A stretch of 64,000 nucleotides of DNA from Chrysomallon squamiferum (lineage: Eukaryota; Animalia; Mollusca): the NCBI GenBank assembly GCA_012295275.1, contig CM022677.1:10602001-10666000 (forward strand), read 5' to 3'. Under the pieces are notes generated by a model that searched no databases, had not been told where the DNA came from, and worked only from the letters and a program-made list of their open reading frames with translations. Each line of letters begins with the position of its first letter. Within the stretch, counting starts at the first letter, position 1. The position numbers were made by a program, and so were the translations under genes. Positions 47,416 through 64,000 of the stretch are shown here, one piece after another.

Positions 47416-48166
47416 TCTCAGATGAATGTGTGGATAAACAGAACTAAGGAATAACTAGATGCACAAATGGATGGTGGATCGATGGATCAATAGTTTGGAT
47501 ATGTGAATAGAAGGAAAGAAAATTAAGAAGATATATTTCGTTGGGTGGACAGACACACGGAGGAGCAAACACATTTATTTGACGAAAAGATTAGGAGAGG
47601 AAAGAAGGATTGATGGACGATGTTTGAGGGAGTTGGGGAATAATATATGTATAACGATGGATGGATGGATGAATGAATGAGGGATTAGTGGTTCCAACGG
47701 TAGTGTTATCATTGACGAAGATCTGGAAGAGTGGATCAGTTAACGAATAATTAGTTATTAATAAATGCTTAGAAATTAAATAAGTTGTATTTGTACTTTT
47801 TTACTGCTATTTTACTTCACACACACACACACACACAGATTGACAGATGAATGTGCGGATAAACAGAACTAAGGAATAACTAGATGCACAGATGGATGGT
47901 GGTTCGATGGATCAATAGTTTGGATATGTGAATAGAAGGAAAGAAAATTAAGAAGATATATTTCGATGGGTGGGTGTGTCGATGGACCGAAGGATAGATA
48001 CAAGGAGAAGTAATTTGATTAGGGAAGGACTGAAGGACTGATGGAAAAATGGATGTATAAAGTCGAGGAAGGATGGATAAATGAGGGATTAGTGGTTGCA
48101 ACGGTAGTGTTATCATTGACGAAGATCTGGAAGAGTGGATCAGTTAACGAATAATTAGTTATTAAT
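47303..48166 (+). repeat. Tandem duplication of a ~400-460-bp block (47303-47763 and 47764-48166)
   Basis: Both units start aatgcttagaaattaaa and end gaagatctggaagagtggatcagttaacgaataattagttattaata; the purine-rich middles diverge. Confidence 0.9.
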
Positions 48167-48507
48167 ACACACCTGGCTTCTGCGACAAATCCTGATTACC
48201 GTCTGATGATGTCGTTCAGGTCTGTTTCAAGAGAATCTGAAGTTTCAAATCGTATCGTAAATTCTAGTTGATACCATCGAGCTGTCTTTAAGGTTCAGTT
48301 AAGAAAGAAGCTGTTATTACAGAAAACTCTCTCTTTAAATATAGACTGGTTTTTCCTACTAAAATAAAAGTTTAACAACTTCGTTGCAGTCTAGTTCTAA
48401 ATATAGTAACTGTTTTTTAATTCGCAAAATATTACCTTAGCGTCGCGCTTTTTTCAGCTTTAAGTATGAAGTTTAAAACAAAACTCCTCTTAATTTGCAT
48501 GTCCTTC

Positions 48508-49952
48508 TTAATTATTGACGTCGTATCGTTGGCTTTCTGTTAACATTATTATTTTACAGCTTTGCTTCAATTTGATATTTATTTTTATTATTGCTGACTT
48601 TTTCAGCGTGTTTTCTAATAAACACATCTCGCATGAGTTAACTAACAAAATATAATTACGACAATGCGTCTCTTATTACAATATTATAAATGTTTTAGTA
48701 TTTTCTATTTTTATTTTATACTTTTACTAGTCGACGCACAGTCATCTCCCGTGCATAATTTAATAATAGTGTATGTGTTAGGTCCATTGCACGTGTGACC
48801 AGAAGCACACGTTCTTGTTCGAGTCACTTCTCTTATGCAGTTTTTGGAACATCTGCCTACCTTAGGCTTTGCCCAGGCTGACCAGAGAACATCGGCTGAA
48901 GAAAAAATAGCAAACAGACTAGAATAGAATAGAATAGAATACAACAGAATAGAATAAAGTAGAATAGAGCAGAATAGACTCGTATAGAATAAAATAAGTA
49001 AATAAATAAATAAATAATAACATAAATAATGAAATAAATGAAAAAAACAAAACGAAAAACAAACAAATAAACGAAATACATAAATGACGAAGAGAAGTAA
49101 AGTAATGAATGAATTAAGAAAAGAATAGTATATAAACGAATGAATTAATGAATTATCACAAATAACATTAATAAATATATTTACTCAATTTAAATTAATA
49201 ATAATGATAAAGAAACGTTTTCCCAGAAAATCTGGATGTAAATAAATAAATAAATAAATAAATACTTCTACTACAACTATTATTACTATTGCTGCTACTT
49301 CTCCTACTACCACCACCACAACAACTACCACAACTATCTAAAAAAAATTGTTGTTTACTGTGTGAAGAAATCATCTTTGCAAATTAGTTATTGTTTAAAT
49401 GATTATAAGACAGAAACATAAAAACCTTGCAAATCTGTAATTGTTTTATGAGTAGACGGACAATTATCTCCCCTGCATGCTTCAATAATTGTGCATTTTC
49501 TAGGTCCATTGCATGTAAGTCCACCGATGCAAGTTCTAAATCGGGTTAACTCCCTTGAGCACTGTTCTGAACATCTTCCTACTTTAAATTTCGTCCAAGC
49601 TGACCACTGAGATTTTACTGAAAATAACTAGATAATTAACTAGATAAATAGATAGATAGATAGATAAAGATATATAGAGATAGAGACATAGATGGATCGA
49701 GATTTGGAGAGATAGACGGATAGATAGAACGATTGATAGATGGACACATAAAGATATACAGATTAAGAGATATTTAAACAGATAGGTAGACATATATACG
49801 GATAGATATTTAGATAAATAGATTAGCTAGACAGACAGACAGATACATAGATGTATATTTAAGTAGACAGCTAGGTGTATGGATATGTAAACAGATAGAT
49901 ACACAGATAGACAAATAGATAGATAAATAAATACCAAAAAAGATATATAAAT

Positions 49953-50024
<72 letters not shown>

Positions 50025-50143
50025 CACTAGTTGATAGATTGAAATTAATCATTAAAAAAAATGTTACTAGAACCTGATCCTGTATAAATGAATTGTAAAA
50101 CAATAACAAACACAAAGACGCAGAGACAGACAGCAGCCGCCAT
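48508..50143 (-). CDS. Small secreted protein with two thrombospondin type-1-like repeats. Exons 50143-50074, 49617-49426, 48895-48728, then either 48536-48508 or read-through to a stop at 48711
   Basis: Signal peptide MAAAVCLCVFVFVIVLQFIYTGS. Two paralogous phase-1 exons, WSAWTKFKVGRCSEQCSRELTRFRTC...CNGP...C...C and WSAWAKPKVGRCSKNCIREVTRTRTC...CNGP...C...C, fit the WxxW/CSxxC/RxRxC TSR pattern. The 3' end is uncertain. Confidence 0.75.
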
Positions 50144-50906
50144 ATTTTCAGAGAAGCTGAAACAAGCCAAATAATATTTTACATCATAAATACGCACCTT
50201 AATCAGCGTTTAAGTATACGACATTTTGGTACTACATTGTTAACAAGGGTGAAAATATTTAAAAGTAAAAGAGACATTTTTTAAACAGTATTCTTTTTCA
50301 CATCTTGTATTTCATTTTTTAATTTTACAAACTGTGTAATAATGTATCTTTTTAAAGAATTTATTTAAACTTGGTAATAAAAGAAAATTTCAGCAAAATC
50401 TACTTACCATTTTGGCTATGTTCAGAAATGATGTGATGTCTTCGGTAGAATTCAAATGAAAATTTTATATAATTATATATTTTCTGTCCTGTTTTTCTCT
50501 TTTTTGTTATTATAATTACTGTTTTTCTTTTTAATTATTTTACCTACAGTAAGTTCAAAAAGGTTATGAAGTAAGAAAATATGTTAATTGTATTTTCTGG
50601 CAATAAATAAATAACAATAATTTTAAACGAAACAGACTAATGATAGCTGTGAATGTTGATAATTAAAGGTCATTTAGTAACACTAAATAATAAACATAGT
50701 TAAAATTATACCTGAAAGCTACAGAAAGCATTATAGAGTAGAACGATTGTTTTCAAATCTATATTTTTAATTGGTCTAATAATTGTTAATGCGAAACAGA
50801 TGGTACACAGAGTAAATATACTTTATTGTTTTCGATTAATAGTTTTAATTAATTTGAACTGTAATTATTTACTCTGTGTGTGTATCTGTGTGTGTCTGTT
50901 TGTTTG

Positions 50907-50954
<48 letters not shown>

Positions 50955-52183
50955 CATATATTGGAAAATCAGTTTGAAATAATCCCAATAGAACAAATCT
51001 TCAATTTTCGGTTTATAAGCCGAGACTGATTTTTTAGATTCGAACTAAAAGCCTTTTGGATTCGCACTGTTTATAAAATCATTTTTTTTCCTAATATTGA
51101 CCCACACTCCTCTTTTTCAGCATCTTTGCCAACAATCATAAAGTCCTCTTTTTCAGTATCCAAACAATCATAAACTCCTCTTTTTCAGTTTCTTCCAAAC
51201 AATCACCCTCATCTTCAGTATGTTTCAAACAATAATCACCCCATTTTTCTTCATAATGTTTAAATTTTCATTCAATAAACTGATTTCTCTTCACAAGTCG
51301 AATCGAGGCGAACGTTTCCTTCTTGTTGTGAAGACCGTCGTGTCCCCATAAATCTAGATAGTATTTTAACTTCATAATCTACTGACAAAGTATGTTCCGT
51401 TTCTGTCATTTCGCAGCATAAACACTGAATATCTCATGTAGAGTGAATCCGCTGTATATAATGTATTGTATATCAAAATGATACATTTTATGACTTCTAA
51501 ATCTGTACTGTTTAGTATTTGTTTGAACACGTTTCTAATATTAACTGATAATACCAGTCTGTGCCAATCAGAAGGTGCTGTTGACGTCACGTGTCATTAT
51601 CGATCCTCTGAAGCGCAGGCTTTGCTTCCGCATTACGTCTGCAATAATTCGCAACCAAAGAATCATCGCTCGCAGCCGTAGAATTCGTTGAAGTTAAGTA
51701 ATATAACAAATATGTCTATTCTGCGAACATACTTTGATTGTTTGACTCACCCAAACATTTTTCCAGTGATCGGTGAATTTGTTTACGTTTTCATAAATAT
51801 TTTTTAATCAAAAATTTGATAAACTTCTCCATGACCAATAAAAAACAAAAAAAAACAAATCGGAAGTGAGGTTGTATAAAGATATATGTACAATGTCACC
51901 AGACTAAGTTTCTTTTTAAAAGATTTTTGTAATTGACCGACAGACGGGACTCACTGAAAAGCGCAGTTTGCTGACGCTGTGCTCTCTGGCGACCGAATAC
52001 TAACACGAGTTCGTCTGACGCCCTTCTGTTCCGTGTTTCCGACGTTTTTTGGAAGAAAGAAAAGTGTGATAAAGAACGCTTATCAGTTCCATGAACTCTA
52101 CTAGACAGCGTGACGTCATCATGCTGAAATTTCTTAAAACTAAAATTTATACTGAATGTAAATTTACGAAAATTTTAAATTTG

Positions 52184-52229
<46 letters not shown>

Positions 52230-52454
52230 GAATAAGTAAATAAATAAATAAATGTTCTTGTATGTCAAAACAAAAATCCAAAACGGAAAACAGTAAAGGG
52301 GATAAACAGATTAACTTTACAAATATTCTGATGTTAGTTTTATATCGCATAAGTGTAGGACATGTAGAATAAATGAAAAATTATTTTGACTTCAGATTTC
52401 AAGGAACTGAATATAAATAAAAACATAAATAAATTATGTAAATAAATATAAAAC

Positions 52455-52500
<46 letters not shown>

Positions 52501-52915
52501 AATAATAATAATAAAAATAATATAAAAGAAAAATAATATAATAAATAAATAAATAAATAAATAAATAAAAAATAAAATTAAAAAAATATATATAAATAAA
52601 TAAAATAAGATAAATCAACAACATACAAATAAAAGATTGATTTATTTCTTACTTGATTATTATTCTATTACAGCTATCACTGGTACTGCTATTAATAATA
52701 CTACTACTATTACTGCTACTTACTACACTATTACAACTACTGCTTCTATAACTGCTTTCTAAAATTATTGAAACTATTACTACTACTACTACTACTGCTA
52801 CTTCTACTACTTTTACTTTTATTACGATTATTATTACTACTATTTTTTGTTTATTATTGTTGTTATCATCATTATTATTAGCACTGTTGTTGTTGTTGTT
52901 GTTGTTGTTGTGCTG

Positions 52916-55208
<2,293 letters not shown>

Positions 55209-56237
55209 CTTATGAGTCAGGTGGTTTGTTTCTCAATTGTTTGTTTAAAATTTTCGCTTAAACCCCTCAAGTTGTGTCAACAAAACTTTTGGTGACCTTT
55301 CTCCAATGTCATTATCGTCTGCTAGTGTCGTCTGAACAGGATGAGTTTCTAATAACAAATCATATTCTTATTGATCGTCTGCTGGTGACAAAATTCTGAT
55401 GACAGAAACAATTTATCAGATTTTGTAACTCAAAAACGAATAGAGAACGACACAAACGCACGGATAAATCGAATATACACACGCAAACCCGCACACACAT
55501 CTTCACGAAAGGCACACAGATACAGATATAATGCACACATAATCATAGACACAAATAAACAAAATCACATCATAGACTGAAGCACGCACACACACAAACC
55601 GCTGTAAAATGGAAATATTTATATAGTTAACTGTGAAATCAAATAACTGTTAATTTAAACAGTTATCAAACACACACGAAACACTGGTTAGAGAAATAAA
55701 TTTATATAAAACATTTTATTATAAACATAGACTAGCTGCACATTTATTTGTAACAATCGGAAGAGTTTATATAAAAGCGATTTTTCAGTTGTAGAAAATA
55801 AATGTTGAGATTTATTGCACCTAGTCTAAGTTTATAATAATACGTTATATATAAATTAATTTCTTCACCACATAGCGGTATTGGGGATCAGTAACTTTAC
55901 TGTTTTAAGAGAAAGAAAAAAGAAGGACAAGAACAAGAAGATTATAATAAACTTTAGTTAATAAACCAATAGTAATTAAAACAAGTTTATCAAATTAATC
56001 ACACGTCTCTTATAATTTATTTTATTTATTTACTTATTTATTCATTTATTTATTTATTTTAAAGCTTGATATTAAATGAATATTACTTAGTTTTGTAACG
56101 TAATTGATTCAAAGCGCATTGCCTTAATAACTCAATCAATTTAAAACTAACTAAAGCAGTACATTATATCCATTATCAAAATAAAATTGTTAAAATAAAT
56201 TTAAAAAAAAAAATAATAATAACAACAACAACAGTAA

Positions 56238-56305
<68 letters not shown>

Positions 56306-57152
56306 CAACAAGAAGCTTTTTGTTTCGACGGCGGTGTGTTCTAGCTCGTATGTCATGGAAACAGAAATTATTTTATTTTCTAGTGAATATTATCAACCAT
56401 TATAATCACTTTGAAATGACATTTATTTATATTATGTTTTATTGTTGTTGTTTTTTTGTTTGTTTGTTTTATTGTTTTATTGTTTATTTATATTTGTTTT
56501 TATTTTATTTATTTATTTATTTATTTATTTGTGTATTTATCCTTCATTTAAACATATATAATTATTTATTTATTTACTTATTTAATTATTTATCAAAGAA
56601 TTACATTTATTACTGAGAGATAACTTAAGTAACTGCAGCCAATTTATCTAGAAATTCTCAATTAGGAATATTTGATTTTGTTGAAAACTGCAAGTATAAG
56701 TAATTAAAAAACCAGAAAATCGCTTGGATGAGAGGAAAGTTTCATCCTCAGGCCAGTTATCTTTCTCTGTCATCTGGAGCAGTACGCGGCTTCCGGTTTC
56801 ACATAACAACAAGTCTTGCTCAAATTTTACATTTTACACGGGGCGGTAGCAACTGATTTTACGTGTGTTATCAACTCGTAATTATAATTGTAATTTATAT
56901 GATTTTCTTATTTAAAATGCTTGCGATATTTCTTAAGGATAAGTTTCAGCGGAAAAACCGAATAATTAAAACTCGTCATTGAATAATAGCGAATTTTAAT
57001 TTTATACAAGATATATACAATAAAGCGCTGAAAGAAAACTGCATTTTGATTGAAATGAAAGTAATATGCCTATATTATTTTATTTCTTTGTAGATAAAAG
57101 GATTCATGAAAATAACGTGTATTTAGACAGACTGACAGAAAAGACTGTGTAG

Positions 57153-57238
<86 letters not shown>

Positions 57239-57512
57239 TTATTTAAATGGCTGACGTTATCGTGACAGAGTTACGTGATTAAGGAAAGGTTTCGAACTCA
57301 ATAACAAATAATGGTGTTTATTTAAGAAGTGTTCGTACTTCTATGCTACTGCGTTGAAACAGATATTCTAAAATGAACAGAACACGTCTTATAATGATGC
57401 TGCTGCTGCTGCTGCTGATGATGATTATTATTATTATTATTATTATTATTACATTATATATTACATCGAATATTTAAAAAAAAAATTATTCCTTTAAACT
57501 TTTTCTTCATTC

Positions 57513-57598
<86 letters not shown>

Positions 57599-58328
57599 AT
57601 TTACTGTTGATATACTTATTTGCTTCTCTTTTATTATTAATTAAACATGTTTATTTTTTTGTCACTCAAACACGAACGCACAAAAGAGACGTTTTCAAAG
57701 GAAACATTTTATTGTGTTGTTAAATAAGAACGACTGATCTTGCATTTCTTACGTTTTGTTCTGTCCACGTTTGGTATACATCCTGGATTCCAGTCAGAGG
57801 GAGGGGTTACTAAATAAAGAACAAGTTAAATGTGTTTTGGAAACGATTCAGTTTATATGCAAGAAATCTTTTCAGTTTGCCTCACTTCAGTTTGCTTTAA
57901 GGTTTTGTCCGCCTGTGGTAAGTCTTATGAGAATTTAAAAATATTTTGTAAATTTTCATTTTTAGACATGTTCATTTTTATTTTTTTTAATTATATTTCT
58001 TCTTTTCTATTTATTTTGATTAATATTTTTTTTTTTTATTATTATTATTATTTTTTTGTATTTATATATAATTTCTAAGTAACTATATTTAAGAAGCACA
58101 CTTAACAATTAAACAATCACACGTTCACACAATATGCACGCATGTATCCATAAACACTTCCACACACAAAAAACAACTTATAGAGATTTAAATATTGATT
58201 TATTATTTATTCATTTGTTTTGATTTAGTTATTTAGTTAATTAGTCAATTCTAATATTATATATCCTTTAAACTTCTTATACATTTTTTATCTCTCTCTC
58301 AGTTTCTATCTCGTTAATTATGTCTTTC

Positions 58329-58483
<155 letters not shown>

Positions 58484-58541
58484 TATATAAATATATAAAA
58501 CATAAAAAGATATACATTTAATGGTTTTTCAGGTTATCAAA

Positions 58542-64000
<5,459 letters not shown>

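Overview
AT-rich, microsatellite-laden, intron-rich animal genomic DNA. The gene and TE content suggests an invertebrate, probably a mollusc or other lophotrochozoan (inference only). Most ORFs in the supplied track are simple-repeat artefacts, so genes were rebuilt exon by exon from splice sites and phase. Contents in order: (1) a 5'-truncated ferrochelatase copy (+, 1-4907) with an 8-nt frameshift deletion and a destroyed splice acceptor; (2) a 14-exon 3' portion of an SLC5A6/8/12-type sodium:solute symporter (-, ~8818-17593) cut by a 200-N gap; (3) an inverted near-identical copy of 1-8635 that begins exactly at the gap and holds an intact 11-exon ferrochelatase (-, 21757-28368); (4) a 7-exon gene for a secreted sushi + galectin-like protein (+, 30236-47038) that appears to be assembled from two tandem duplicates with complementary deletions; its 14.4-kb intron holds a decayed chromodomain-bearing Ty3/Gypsy element, whose gag has a ~60x23-bp minisatellite and whose 3' LTR is split by an I-group LINE remnant and a second insert; (5) a small secreted two-TSP1-repeat gene (-); (6) a galactose-3-O-sulfotransferase-like gene (-); (7) an EB/EGF-like repeat plus mucin-stalk gene (+) with an apparent frameshift, running off the window. 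No rRNA, tRNA or CRISPR features were seen.
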